A DNA stretch of 63,990 bases, filler included, from Craspedostauros australis (GCA_030167865.1; 8 parts of 8 records of this genome joined end to end with filler, not necessarily neighbours in it); one strand, 5' to 3'. Positions 31,779 through 44,613 are shown, numbered from the whole stretch's first letter. Notes: a model not told the origin generated them from the sequence alone. Translations and numbers: made by a program.

Positions 31779-33651
31779 TTGGCTACAGATGTTGGATCCA
31801 TTTTTCCTGATCTCAGACATGAATCTGTAGACACTCAATCGAATATTTCTTTGCATCTACGTAAAATTAAGAGTCAGGGCTATCCAGGAAAGGAATAACA
31901 TTATCTTGTTGTTACTGCTATCTCGTCGATCTTGACGTGTTTGTTGACCCCTTGGTGTGATTTTGCATTCGGACGACGGACAGACCGGGATCTTGATGGA
32001 TCTCGTTGGTTACACGTAGGATTCTACAGGAGTCCGGTAGGAGCTTGCCTCGTTTTCGAGAAATTCGACTCTCTATCTTTGAAGTCTCCGGACGAAGCGG
32101 GATTTGACTCAATCTGTACAATAGATATCAATTCACAATCTTCTTTCCGAGGCGGTCACAACAATATGGCCTATATTGTGTTTGAGTGCGATGGTATGGA
32201 GGTATGCTTGCGTTTAGTGCTCCCATGGCAGTCGGAATGATATTTGACCACTCGGATCCACAACTTCGGTGGCAAGTTTGGAGAATTCTGGTTCGAACGT
32301 CTACGTCATCGTGACGTCAGTGATGTTTGGATCAGTTGCTTGGAACAACCAGAACAGGAAAACAAGGCAACCAGAAGCCAAAAACGTCCGTGAATGATGG
32401 GGGTGCTTGACAGATCACATCGGTGCTCACCGAGCAAGAGAGCAACAGCCACCAAACTTCAGGATGGTATATATAAACACTATGCGATACTATAACTGAA
32501 ATATGAGTACAGGATGGCCCATACGAGCTGAGTGCGGAGAGTTGGACCACGGTTGATGCTGTTTCTGGCCTGTTTGTGTTCGGGACTTACGTAGAAAATG
32601 TACTAGATTCTACAGACCATTTTTCGTGATCCAAAAATCGCCAATGGTGTTGGCTACAGCCGTTTGTTTGAGGCACTAGTGCCTCAAAGAGCCGGACCCA
32701 AATGTTTGGCGATGTTTGGCGATGTTTGGCGATGATTGGCTACAGATTTTGGACCCGTTTTTCCCAAACTCAGACTTAAAGTTATAGACACTCAATCGAA
32801 TATCTCTTTGCATCTACCTGAACTTAAGACTCAGGGCTATCCAGGCAAGCAATAGCATTATCTTGTTGTTACTACCATCTAGTCGATCTTTTTGTGTTTG
32901 TTGACCCCCTTGGTGTGGTTTTGCCTTCGGACGACGGACGGACCGGGTTTTGTTTGGCGATGTTTGGCTACAAGTAGAATTCTACAGGAGTCCGGTAGGA
33001 TCTNNNNNNNNNNNNNNNNNNNNNNNNNNNNNNNNNNNNNNNNNNNNNNNNNNNNNNNNNNNNNNNNNNNNNNNNNNNNNNNNNNNNNNNNNNNNNNNNN
33101 NNNNNNNNNNNNNNNNNNNNNNNNNNNNNNNNNNNNNNNNNNNNNNNNNNNNNNNNNNNNNTATGCTTGCGTTTAGTGCTCCCATGGAGGTCGGAACGAT
33201 ATTTGACCACTCGGATCCCCAATTTCGGCGGCAAGTTTGGAGAATTCTGGTTCCATTGCTTGTGTCATCATGACGTCATCAATGGTTGGATCAGTTGTTT
33301 GGAACAACCAGAACAGGAAAACAAGCCAACCAGAAGCCAAAAACGTCCGTGAATGATGGTGGTGCTTGACAGATCAAATCAGCGCTCACCGAGCAGGAGA
33401 GCAACAGACACCAAACTTTAGGATTGTATATATAAACTATATTCGATGCTACAATAGAAAGACGAGTACAGGAACACGCACACGAGCTAAGTCCGGAGAG
33501 TTTAACTTTGGTTGATGCTGTTTTTAGCCTTTTTTGTTCGTGACTTACGTAGAAAATGTACTACATTCTACAGAGCAGTTTCTGTGATCCAAACATCGCC
33601 AAACATCGCCAATTTGTTTGGCAACAGCCGGCTCTTTGAGGCACTAGTGCC
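31779..33651. repeat. Diverged tandem duplication of a ~960-bp non-coding unit (31779-32682 and 32736-33651)
   Basis: Shared blocks such as ACACTCAATCGAATAT, CATTATCTTGTTGTTAC, GGAACAACCAGAACAGGAAAACAAG and TTTGAGGCACTAGTGCC recur at ~960-970 offset. (TGTTTGGCGA)n lies between the units. Confidence 0.85.
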
Positions 33652-33862
33652 CTCTTCCAAACCAGGGTGCGATCAAGAAGTGGACAAACAGAGAAACGAG
33701 GAGAGAAACGGGAGAACATTGAAACGAGGCAACCGCACACACCGCTCAACCCCACACTCCAACACATCAACAACACACATGTCGTGGGTAGCTCGAACTC
33801 CACACTTCCTCGACAGTCAATCCAACGCCAATCGTCCACCAACCATCGACCATCCTCTCAAA

Positions 33863-34639
33863 ATGCCGAATGTTACGAACCAACAACTCATTAATGCTGC
33901 CGGGGACGGTGATTTGTCGGTGTTGAAGGAATGGAAGAAGCAGAACAAGACGCAGAATAAAGGAGTTGATGTCAACAAGGTTACAGACTGGGATGGTTCC
34001 ACTCCCCTTCATTGGGCATGCTACAAAGGCAAGCTGGAGTGTGTGGAGTACCTCATCGAATCATGTGGGGCGAACATCACTTGCCGAGACAACTATGGTA
34101 ACACTCCCTTTCATAAGGCATGCTACAACGGCCACCTGGAGTGTGTGAAATACCTCCTCGAATCATGTGAGGCGAACATCAACTGCGAAAACAACAATGG
34201 TTTCACTCCCCTTCATTGGGCATGCTACAACGGCCAACTGGAGTGTACGGAGTACCTCATCGAATCATGTGGGGCAAACGTCAACTGCAAAACCAACATT
34301 GGTTTCACTCCCCTTCATTGGGCATGCGACAACGACCAACTGGAGTGTATCGAGTACCTCATCAAATCATGTGAGGCGAACATCAACTGCCAAAACAACT
34401 ATGGTTTCACTCCCCTTCATCAGGCATGCCGCAACAACCAGCTGGACTGTATCGAGTCCCTCATCAGAGGACTTTCGCCTTCAGCTCACCCACAACTGCA
34501 ACAACTGCAGCAACGCTTACAACAAAACGAACAAGCAAATGAACAATCACAAGAACAGTTGGGACAACAGTTGAAGCGAAAGAGGCAAGAGAATGAACAC
34601 AAACACAGCAGCAACAAGAGGACCAACATCAATATTTGA
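33863..34639 (+). CDS. Ankyrin-repeat protein, copy 1 (5 TPLH-type 34-aa repeats + Gln-rich tail)
   Basis: Start MPNVTNQQLI by homology with copy 2; GxTPLHxAC...LECVxYLIESCxANxNC repeats. Confidence 0.85.
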   Translation: MPNVTNQQLINAAGDGDLSVLKEWKKQNKTQNKGVDVNKVTDWDGSTPLHWACYKGKLECVEYLIESCGANITCRDNYGNTPFHKACYNGHLECVKYLLESCEANINCENNNGFTPLHWACYNGQLECTEYLIESCGANVNCKTNIGFTPLHWACDNDQLECIEYLIKSCEANINCQNNYGFTPLHQACRNNQLDCIESLIRGLSPSAHPQLQQLQQRLQQNEQANEQSQEQLGQQLKRKRQENEHKHSSNKRTNINI

Positions 34640-35409
34640 GAAGATTGGCCATATCCTTCCAAACCGAGGACAGGACAGACACCGTCTTCTTGTGTGGACA
34701 GGGCGACCAACAACAACCAATCAAGGCAAACGCCAAAGTCCTCATCATCACACTCCCATCCATTGAGACACTGATCGACAAAGGAACCCAACTTCACCGC
34801 GCAAATGATGACGCTCACAACGGAACTGAACCCATGCAAGTAACCGTCTCTCTCCCCAACCTTCAACCAAAACACGTCTGGTACGTCCTCCAATGCATCT
34901 CCACAGCCTAGATATCCTGTACTAACAACTGTCGTGACAACGTTGCTGCTCACATCGGAGCTCATGCCGACGCCCACCACGATGTAGATGCCTCTCACCA
35001 GCTAACTCCCACCCTCAATGGACAGGACGATCTGCAACAGCTGATCCTTGTGGCCAGCGAGTTCGGCTTCTGGCGACTCAAGCTTGTTCTTGAAGCAGTG
35101 TTGGTCCGCAAGCATCTCACAGAGGACACCATGATAGATATGTTGATATTCGCTGATCAACACAACTGTGTGGTGTTGAAGGATGCAGCAATGAGAATGG
35201 CAGCTGAAAGTGAGAAAGATATGTTCACTCATCTAGATTTAAGCAAACTGATTCTACAACCCCAACTGATGACGGAGATCCAGATGTTTTGCAGCGGGGG
35301 AGCGGAGAGTGATGGTATTGATGATGAGTACAGTTGTATGTTCATGATGGACCTGTACAAGGTTGTAGATGAGGATGAGGGCACAGTACTATATCTGCTC
35401 GTGCAATAG
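34640..35409 (+). pseudogene. Disrupted BTB/POZ-BACK-like domain following ankyrin copy 1
   Basis: RTDTVFLCG...IKANAKVL...LPNLQPKHV..VLQCI and ASEFGFWRLKLVLEAVL...IDMLIFADQHNCVVLKDAAM (SPOP-like). Interrupted by TGA, a 1-bp deletion relative to copy 2, and TAG. Confidence 0.65.
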
Positions 35410-37545
35410 AACGCTGTGATGAAGTGACCAGATGTTTGAAGAGCTTGAAGGCCTGGATACTGCTTCCATGCTGCCTCCTCCTTGTCTACGACTTGTCTGG
35501 TCCGCTCTCGACCGTACATACGCACACAAGGATGTTGCCGATGTCATTCATGAGCAGATTGGACGTCCGTGGTTCCATCCATGCCCCGCCATGAGCATCG
35601 TTGTTGGTTCGTTGCACAGACAATGGGCACATGGCAGCAGCATGTTCACAAGCCGTGCGGTCGTCACAGGGCGGTCGTCACCATGCCACCGGATTCACAC
35701 ACAGAGCACTCTACTCCAAGTTACACTACCAAGCAGATGCAAAGCGACAGTGCCGATGCCAGTCGATCCAAGTTTCTGGAAGAACCGATCTACGAAGCGC
35801 ACATGTCAAACAAAGCAGAGAGAAATGATGGGAAGCCGCGAGGAGCATGGTTGCTGCGCGATTCCATCGACCGTCCCGTATCGCGCTGTCGCTCTCATCT
35901 CTTCATGAGTTGCACTCCCCCATTGTGCCAAAACTGTAGTCGAGACCCTCACCAAGTCTCAGGAGGAGCGATCACTTGCTGTTGAAGCAACAAATGCCAG
36001 GGTCACCATCCATTCCAATCTTCGAAGCGACCAGTGCCAGTGTGGCGGAAAGACAAGAACCGGCTAGGTAGTGCAGTCCAAGCATCCAGAGAGCTTGACA
36101 AGCAAAAGAAGAAACCAACAAACGAACCAACGAACCAACCAGCAACCCCATGCAGAGTGCGAGTGCCGTACTGCGGATCATGGTTGACACAGAGTTTCCG
36201 TATGGTAGAAGAAGCACACGGCCAGCGATCCATGGCCCATGAACATCGTATACCCACATGTCCTCCTTCGTGGTGCTCCCAACTTCGTTGATGAGGCGGG
36301 TGTTCCTGTCGATCACCTTGGTTGAGCATCGATGCTCTGCAAGTCGCGAGCCAAGACGATGGCGCTCATGCCTCTGGATAGAACGCGCATGGTATTGTAT
36401 GTTGGTGGTCCGTGCGGTAGGAACAGTGGAGGCAACACGGTATCACTCAGCTTGTTGATTGCTGAACGTGTCAACCCATCCCAATGCGCAATGTGATGTT
36501 GCTTTGATGTTGAGGACTCTTGTTGCCTGTGCGGATGGTGATGGTTGCAATGCGGTGGGATGGCAACCAGCCAAATCCAAATGAGATGGGTCGCAACCAA
36601 CAGAGGCAGTCACATCGGTGGCTTCATCAGTGGCTTCATCTTTGTTCGAGGCATTGGTTCGCACCTCAAGTTGGTGCTTGCGATGGCAGGCGGACGAGGG
36701 TCAACGGTCTTGCAGATGCCACGATGACACCAGCAAGCAAGGGTCATGGTGCACATGGTGGTGGTGATGACAGCTCTCTCTCCTTCTGTCTCTCTGTGTT
36801 TCTGTCTCCGGGGCCTTTCACGTTGTTTGCTTCGAATTGCTGTGGTGTTGATTGTGGCTGATGTCGAGTTGTTGGAGGCAGGCCCAAGGGTCGCAAGACC
36901 GTCCAGACCAATGGAAACACTCAACGACCATTTTGAACCACCTTTGTGTCACGATCAATGATCTCTCGCATTCGTTGTGCTTCGACAGATGTCAACACAG
37001 TCATTGATCTTCTTTGGTGATCTGACTCATAGTCGTATCAGTCGAAGATTCCCGTTTTCGACAATGCCGCACAACAGAACCCTGTTGTTGTCAGAACCCT
37101 CTGTCGTCTTCCTTCTTGTTGTTGTTCATGTACTACTCTAGTCGTAGAAGTAGTAGTACATACTCGTGATGGATGGGAACAGGAGGATCCAAGTCGCACG
37201 AACCAGAGAGGGGTGCGATCAAGAGAAGGAGGCAAACACGACGATGCTTGTGCGCAAAGAGAGAGAGAGGACACGTGCGAACAAGACAGCAACAAGACAG
37301 CAACAAGACAGCAACAAGACAGCAACAACACACCACACAACCCCACACTCGAGCACATCAACAACAGACATCGAATTGCCACTCACATTCATCACACAGT
37401 GCATAGTACTCATATTATACTAATACAAGCTATTGAAGACACACCATCCATATCTCTACCAAAGGTATAATAGCTCAGACCACACACTTTCTCGACAGCC
37501 AATCCAACGCCAAAAGACCACCAACCATCAACCATCCTCTCAAAA

Positions 37546-38616
37546 ATGCCGAATGTTACGAACAAACAACTCATTGATGCTGCCAAGGCAGGTGACTTGT
37601 CGGTGCTGACGAAATGGAAGAAGCAGAAGAAGAAGAAGAAACGAGTTGATGTCAACAAGGTTACAGACAACAATGGTTCCACTCCCCTTCATGTGGCATG
37701 CTCCAACGACCACCTGGAGTGTGTGACGTACCTCATCAAATCATGCAAGGCTGACATCAACTGCGAAGACAACCATGGTTGGACTCCCCTTCATTGGGCA
37801 TGCCAAAAAGGCCAGCTGGAGTGTGTGAAGTACCTCATCGAATCATGTAGGGCGAATGCCAACTGCAAAGACAACCATGGTTACACTCCCCTTCATCGGG
37901 CATGCATCGGCGGCAACCTGGAGTGTGTGAAGTACCTCATCGAATCATGTGGGGCGAACATCAACTGCGAAGACACCGATGGTTTCACTCCCCTTCATGT
38001 GGCATGCTGCGAATACCAGCTGGAGTGTGTGAAATATCTCATCGAAACATGTGGGGCGAACATCAACTGTGATGACAACGATGGAAAAACTCTCCTTCAT
38101 TGGGCGTGCATGAACGGCGACCTGGAGTGTATCAAGTACCTCATCGAATCATGTGGGGCGAATGCCAACTGCAAAGAAAACGATGGTTCCACTCCCCTTC
38201 ATCTCGCATGCATGTTCGAACACCTGGAGTGTGTGGAGTACCTCATCGAATCATGTGGGGCGAATGCCAACTGCAAAGGCAGCGATGGTTACACTCCCCT
38301 TCATTATTCATGCCGGAACAGCAGGCTGGAGTGTGTGGAGTCCCTCATCGAATCAGGTGGAGCGAACGTCAACTGCCAAAACAACAATGGTCACACTCCC
38401 CTTCATCTCGCATGCGACAACGGCCAACTGGAGTGTATGGAGTCCCTCATCAGAGGACTTTCGCCTTCAGTTCACCCACAACTGCAACAACACTTACAAC
38501 AAAATGAACAAGCAAATGAACAATCACAAGAACAGTTGGGACAGCAGTTGAAACGAAAGAGGCAAGAGAATGAACACACACACAGCAGCAACAAGAGGAC
38601 CAACATCAACATTTGA
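37546..38616 (+). CDS. Ankyrin-repeat protein, copy 2 (8 repeats + Gln-rich tail)
   Basis: 356-aa ORF paralogous to 33863-34639, with closely similar termini. Confidence 0.88.
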   Translation: MPNVTNKQLIDAAKAGDLSVLTKWKKQKKKKKRVDVNKVTDNNGSTPLHVACSNDHLECVTYLIKSCKADINCEDNHGWTPLHWACQKGQLECVKYLIESCRANANCKDNHGYTPLHRACIGGNLECVKYLIESCGANINCEDTDGFTPLHVACCEYQLECVKYLIETCGANINCDDNDGKTLLHWACMNGDLECIKYLIESCGANANCKENDGSTPLHLACMFEHLECVEYLIESCGANANCKGSDGYTPLHYSCRNSRLECVESLIESGGANVNCQNNNGHTPLHLACDNGQLECMESLIRGLSPSVHPQLQQHLQQNEQANEQSQEQLGQQLKRKRQENEHTHSSNKRTNINI

Positions 38617-39225
38617 GAAGACCGGCTCAGATCCTTCCAAACTGAGGACAGGACAGACTCCATATTTTTGTGTGGACAAGGCAACGAACAGCAACTAACC
38701 AAGGCAACTGCTGAAGCCCTCATCATCACACTCCCATCCATTGAGACACTGATCGACAAAGGAACCCAACATCACCGCGCGAATGATGACGCTCACGATG
38801 GAGCTGATCCCATCCAAACAACCATCCCTCTTCCCAATCTTCAACCAAAACACATCCGATACGTCCTCCAATGCATCTCCACAGCCTAGATATCCTGTAC
38901 TAACAACTGTCGTGACAACGTTGCTGCTCACACTGGCACTCATGTTGGCGCTCACACCAACGCTCACCACGATACAGATGCCTCTCACCAGCCAACTTCC
39001 ATCCTCACTGGACAGGACGATCTGCAACAGCTGATCCTTGTGGCCAACAAGTTCGGCTTCTGGCTACTCAAGCTTGTTCTTGAAGCAGAGTTGGTCCACA
39101 AGCATCTCACAGAGGACACCATGATAGATGCGTTGATATTCGCTGATCAACACAACTGTGTGGTGTTGAAGGATGCAGCAATGAGGATGGCAGCTGAAAG
39201 TGAGAAAGATATGTTCACTCATCTA
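38617..39225 (+). pseudogene. BTB/BACK-like domain in frame with ankyrin copy 2, two in-frame stops, truncated by retrotransposon
   Basis: ORFs 38668 and 39040 are in the ankyrin frame. Stops are TGA 38614-16 and TAG 38887-89. Similarity to copy 1 ends at CACTCATCTA (39225). Confidence 0.65.
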
Positions 39226-42200
39226 AATAAATAAATAACTCAATGATTTATCTTTTAATCGACTGCGCCGACGGCGCTTTTCTCCGCCCCTTTATAACTG
39301 CCCGCCACGCAGGCAGAGGGCACGGAATCTGTAGTGTGTTGTTGAGTTTCTCATGTATCTTGTGTAGTGGCAGCGGGAGGGCGTCGAGACGACGTCCTGC
39401 GGCTGTGCCTGGCACGGAGACGGATCCACTTGAGCAGCGCCCCGGAGGCCACTGCCGTGCGTAGTTGAGCTGCAGTCTGCTCTATCCATACCAGGGGCGC
39501 CTCAATCGGTAGTTCATCTGCTGGGCGGGTAGACAGCTGACGGTCGTGCTGGCCTGTCGCGCTCCGGAGTTGCGCTTCGAGCGCCGCCGTCCTGGCGCGT
39601 ACTTCGGCCTCCATGGCGCCTTCAGCCAAGCCCTCGTCGTGGAACATATCCTCGTTCCTGGAAGCCCATTGTTGCCAGGCGATGTGCCATATGCGCCGGG
39701 TCACTTGAGCTGCCCACTTGGATGACGACTTTCTGGAGCCGTGAGCAAGCAGGAAGGCGGACTGTGCCTGCCGCCAGTGCGTGACTAGGATGCCCCGCCT
39801 CATAGATTGGGGGCCTGCAGACGTCTGTTGCCGCACCGCTTCCGTCAATTCGGATCCCGCATTGAACGGGACCAGGCAATGGGTGCCTCGCATCTGGCTG
39901 AGCAATAACTGCATCATCACTTGAACCATTGCTGGCTGTGTTGGGAACGCGAGCAGCCACTGCCGGAGCCTGGCCACTTGCCCTTCTGCTATCGTCACCC
40001 GCGCCAGCGACTGACATGTCCAGAAGTGCTCCGTCGTCTCCTCGTTGGCACAGCTGGGGCATTGGGCGGAGCTGCGATGTTGCCACTACAGCATGCGGCG
40101 CCCAAAGGCCGCCTCGCCTGTAACCAGCTTGAACATCAATGTTCGCTTGTTGCGGTCCAGCGATTTCATGGCTCGGCCGGACGCTTCCCAGTCAACGTGT
40201 TGCGTGTCCCTGACTACCTTGCACCTGGTCAGGACCCTCACTGTCGCCTCTTGAGTGCGTTGGCCGGCGATGGAGGCGTACGAAACTGCTGTGACCTTGT
40301 GGTTGTGGAACACAGCGATGTGCTCTCCCTTGATGATTCCTGAGTATGGTTGTTGCTGCTGGGTCTGGTGCTGGCATGCCCCAGCAAGATGATCAGCTTC
40401 CACATTTAGCTTGGCCCATTGGTCGAGCCGGTCCCACGGGGTGCCGTCGTCCTGGTGGCCTTTGACGTGCTTTCCGCGTATGCGAATGCGCAGACCTTGA
40501 CATCGACTTCTCACCGCGCGCTGTAGGTCGGAATGGGTTGTCGCCGGATTCAGATACCAATCGAGTTCGATTGCGTTCAGGGCGCCGATGTTGTCGCACG
40601 CTAATGTGACACAGCCGGATGTGACTTCGTGTACTCGGCATATCGCGTCCAGCACCACCATCACACTGTACAGTCCCACGAGCTCAGCTCGGTGTGACTG
40701 CATCAGTCCGTCGGTGGCCGGCGCCTGCCCCGCTACCCACAGCTTCGCCGACCTTTGGCCGTCGGCGGCTGATATCACTGCTCCGGAGGCCCCATTAGAG
40801 TGCGCCACGGGCCCATCGCTGCAGGCTGTCGCTGTACCTTCTTGGATGGCTTGTACGAAGACTTGCTCATCCCCCATGATGTCCCAATATTGCACTGCCC
40901 ATTGCTCTGTTTCATCCATCTGTTGCACCGCCTCCTGGAGACTCGCAGGCCGTCGGGTACTCGTTGTAGCCATTCCTGCTGACAACTCTGTGAGCACTAG
41001 ATGGTCTCGGCGCAGGTAACCATCCGCGAGCTGTCCGCCCACGATGGTCGCCGGCCCTGACTTCTCGTACTCCTGGACTCGTCGGCGCCGTGGAACCCTG
41101 CGAAACTCCTCATTGCTGTGGGCGTGGCCCACTCTGTCGGACGAAACGTCCTGTCGCAGAACGGGAATCAGAGACGAGTACCGTAGCCAGCGTCCAAGGA
41201 CCGGCTGTAGTTGGCGGACCCCTGGTCGAGATGCTGGAAAGCAGTTCCTCACGGCATTTTCCCACGTTCTCCACTTGGCAGCTCCCGGAGTCCTGATGGC
41301 CGGCCACTCGATGTTGGACTGCCTCATGGGCATGGGACCGGGCTCCTCTGCGCTGGGATGTAATTCGCTGCCTCCGACTCGTGCAATATCGGACATCCAG
41401 AAAACTTGCTTCGCGATTCTGCACTGGTTGATGGCTTGCATGCTTTTCGTATCGAGATCCATTGTGGCCATTCGTCGCATGAGGGGCTCGTTGTCTTCCC
41501 TGGGAAGAGAGATCACTGGATCTTCCATTTCCATAGTCATTCCCAGATGATTGAGCTCCTGCCACTTGCTTTGGATCCACGTGTTGGTGGTGATGTGCTG
41601 CCATGCCCCCCAGTCCTCGTTGTAGAATGCTGGGATACCGACTTGAAGCGCCACTTGTTCCATTGCATTGCGGAGCAGCTTGCCGGTATGGGTGGGCTGC
41701 CCCCAGTGTCGTATTATCATGTCGATGTGCCGCGTTATTTGGGAATAATAGAGGTGCGGTACTCCCATGCCCATTGCCGCCGCTGGGCCATGCACTAGGT
41801 CCCTGGCCACATTGCGCTGCACTCCTGCCGCCGGCAGAGCAGCCCAGAGAGCTGGTCGCATGATGCGCTCTGCCTCGACTTTTGAGAAGGTGGAACTGGC
41901 CAGAGGGTACTCGATGGTTTTCCATATGGTTGCCTGGAGAGCTACCCACGCCTGGTGCCGCTGAAGTCTGCTGCGCCCGACCTTGTCGGCCCATGCTTGT
42001 GGCTTCTGGACATAGAAGTTGATGTTGCTGGCCTGGACGCCGTCGTGCCGAACCATCACTCCCAGCGCCTTTCGAGCCTGGTGGACATCGAGCCTGGATA
42101 GCGTCTCTTGCGCGTCTTGATCCGGTTTGCGTATGCAGATGGACCCTGGGAATTGTTCTGTTGGTACGTATTCCCACAAGTTTTTGGACCACTTGAAGGA

Positions 42201-44613
42201 CAGCAAGTACCAGTAACTCTTGGACGGTTCCAGAGCACCTCCAGTTGCTTGCAGCATGCCTTCCCATGTATCCACGACGGACTGTATCTCCTTTGTGCAG
42301 CCTGCTTTGTCACCTGGATCCATTCGGAGAGTGTGGATGAGGTCCGTATCGTCCACGAACGAAAAGCACACCAGCTTCACCTTTTCGTGTGTCACCGGAC
42401 TTGTGGTGGAGAACCCGAAGTCCTTTGCTGACATTGCCTTCATCAGAGGAGAGCTCATCGCGACCCACCCTGCAGGTGATATGCCCAGGCCTTGTAACAG
42501 GCCTTGCAGTTTGCTTCCGTTGGATGGGTACGTTGTCAAGGATGCACCATAACCTTTGAGGACATGGTGCTGCATGGACTCCACCGACTGTATTACGCTA
42601 ACAGAGAGGTGTCTTGGGACCCCCAGAGCCGTCATGCTAAGAAGCAGAGGTACGTGGGTCATCCTGTCGTAGCAGCTTTTTGCGTCGTTGGAGCAGATCA
42701 TTGTTGTGGAGGCTGTGAGACGTATGATGTCATCTGTAAGGCGGTTGTTGAGGCTGACTTCTGCTGTGCTTTTTTGCTTCCTGCTGCCGTACTGCTCCTC
42801 TGGTAGGAGAGAGTGCTGTTTGGTGTGGCGCATCATTTCACGCCCGATCCATTTGAGGTTGGCATTGAAATCGCCTTCCACCAGACTGATGGTACGGAAT
42901 TGGTGGACGCGAAAATTGCTGGCTTCCTTGAGTAGAGTGACGTCCGTGCACTTGAGCCACCTTTTCAGGTTGTACCCTGTGATGAGTGAGATCTCTCGCA
43001 TGGCTGCGTCGACGCTGGCCAGAAGCTCATCTTTCGGGTTGGCTTTCCATAGCCCAAAGTGTAGGCCAGACGGACCTGAGGCTGTACGTTCCCTTGCTTT
43101 CGACCACTGTTGTTGATGGTCGTCCACGGTGAGAACCAGCCGCTGCGGGCTCCATGGTATTGCTTTGCCGGATAGCTGCAGCTGTTCGAGGGGCGTGTGC
43201 GAGTGTTCATCGAGGTCGTCGGACAGCTGTAGGACCCCTGTGGCCCCGGACTGGATCGCCGCCCTTTCCAGGTGTCTGCGCTGTAGAGGGGATACATAGG
43301 CTTGCCGGTACTTCGCTTCGTTGGCCTTCATGCACGCCTGGATGACTTCCTCTTCGCTGTCCGCGATGGTTTCGTTGCCGTTCTCCGACGTTTCGATGAC
43401 CATTGCGACCTTGCCTGCGTCCGCGTTCCCGATGGCCTGTCTTATTGCCTTGAACGTGTCCACGACCTCCTCTCTTTTCATGATTGCTATCAAAGCTGCC
43501 GCTGCCGTTTGGTTGCTGGCAAGGGCTTCTTCGTCCGTCCTCTCCTCGAGGAAGCTCCGTCGGTGCTGCAACGCGCTCTTCTTCACTTCCAGCCATTCCT
43601 TGTGAGCTACCTTTCTTGCTGTGTCTATTTTGTCATTCGTCATGTGTGATGTTGGTTCTTGTACTTCAGCTTGCCGTTTGGCCCGATCGTAGTATCGGGC
43701 GCTCACCTTCTTACCACCTCGCCGTCTCCATGCCAGATCCCAAATTTCTTCCTTAGCGCCATTTTCTTGATGTGTGGGGAGTATGGAACCCACCCCATAT
43801 GCACCTTCCTTGACCCTTTTTCCGCAGTTCGCATGGCTTTGGATCGGATTGCATCGATGGCCTCCATTTCGCATTGGCCATCGGGGCCGAGGAGCTTTTG
43901 TTGCCGGACAGTCTGCCAGAGCGCATGCACTCTTGCAGGAGTCTGGATCTGGCGTACGCCGTGCGCAGCTCCGATTGGTATTTGGCCACTGTCTGTGGGA
44001 GGCCCATTCGCAGCTGTCGACCCTCGAATCGTTTGGCCAGTTTGCTGGTTTCCCCAAATAGGTCTCCTGCTTCCACGTCGATCCATGCTGTGCAGTGGTC
44101 CCAGCTGCCGAAGCTGCTGTACCCCGCGCGCACCACTTGGATTGACTCCGATATCCATATCCCGTCGATCACCCTGTCTGATTCTGGCCTGATGTGCATT
44201 GCTACCCTTGGTGTGTGTGGGTGGCGCGACAAGACTGCTTCCTTGAGACCTTGCTGTCGCAGCATGGTTGCCATTTGGGACCTTTCCACGGGCATATTGA
44301 TATCCCCGCCGATTATCACCGCCTGGTTTGTCGAGCGCCAGCCAGTGATGGCCTCTTGGAGATCTTGGATCAGTTGTTGGATGGGCGATGTGGCATATCC
44401 GTTAGCTTCCAACCATGACGCTTGCTGATTGAACACCGTGCCAGCTCCTGCGCCCCCTTTGGTCGGGACATACACACTGACCACTCTGATGGTGCAACCT
44501 CTCTTTCCGTTCAGCGCCATGCTGGTCCATCTGCCTAAGCCTTTGAGGTTCTCCTGTCGGGATTGAAACCTCCCTGCCGGATGGCCCATGGCCAGACACC
44601 CTGTTCCCCCCCC
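39226..44613 (-). mobile_element. Non-LTR retrotransposon (APE-RT-RNase H-CCHC), Ambal-like, decayed; 5' part cut by contig end
   Basis: APE (IGGDIN, IDGIW, WDH) in 43753-44589. RT (NDAKSCYDRM, LLQG, FVDDTDL) and RNase H (CSDG, RAELVG, CDN, HVKGHQD, NVEADHLA) in 40086-44057. CPSC...H...C follows a TAG at 40086-88. Frameshifts near 43930 and 43750. 3' (TTAT)n tail at 39226-39238. Clade name is from recall. Confidence 0.88.

Noticed and set aside
35900..36960. SHIGGFISG resembling a rhomboid protease motif
   Set aside because: Surrounding frames have many stops and no GxSG motif was found; at most a decayed fragment.
33990..38460. Ankyrin repeat variation as DGR output, given the nearby reverse transcriptase
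   Set aside because: The RT is a LINE-type APE-RT-RNase H polyprotein. No template repeat or adenine-specific pattern is evident.
41110..42267. 385-aa ORF overlapping the RT
   Set aside because: Alternative frame of the retrotransposon ORF with no domain-like content.
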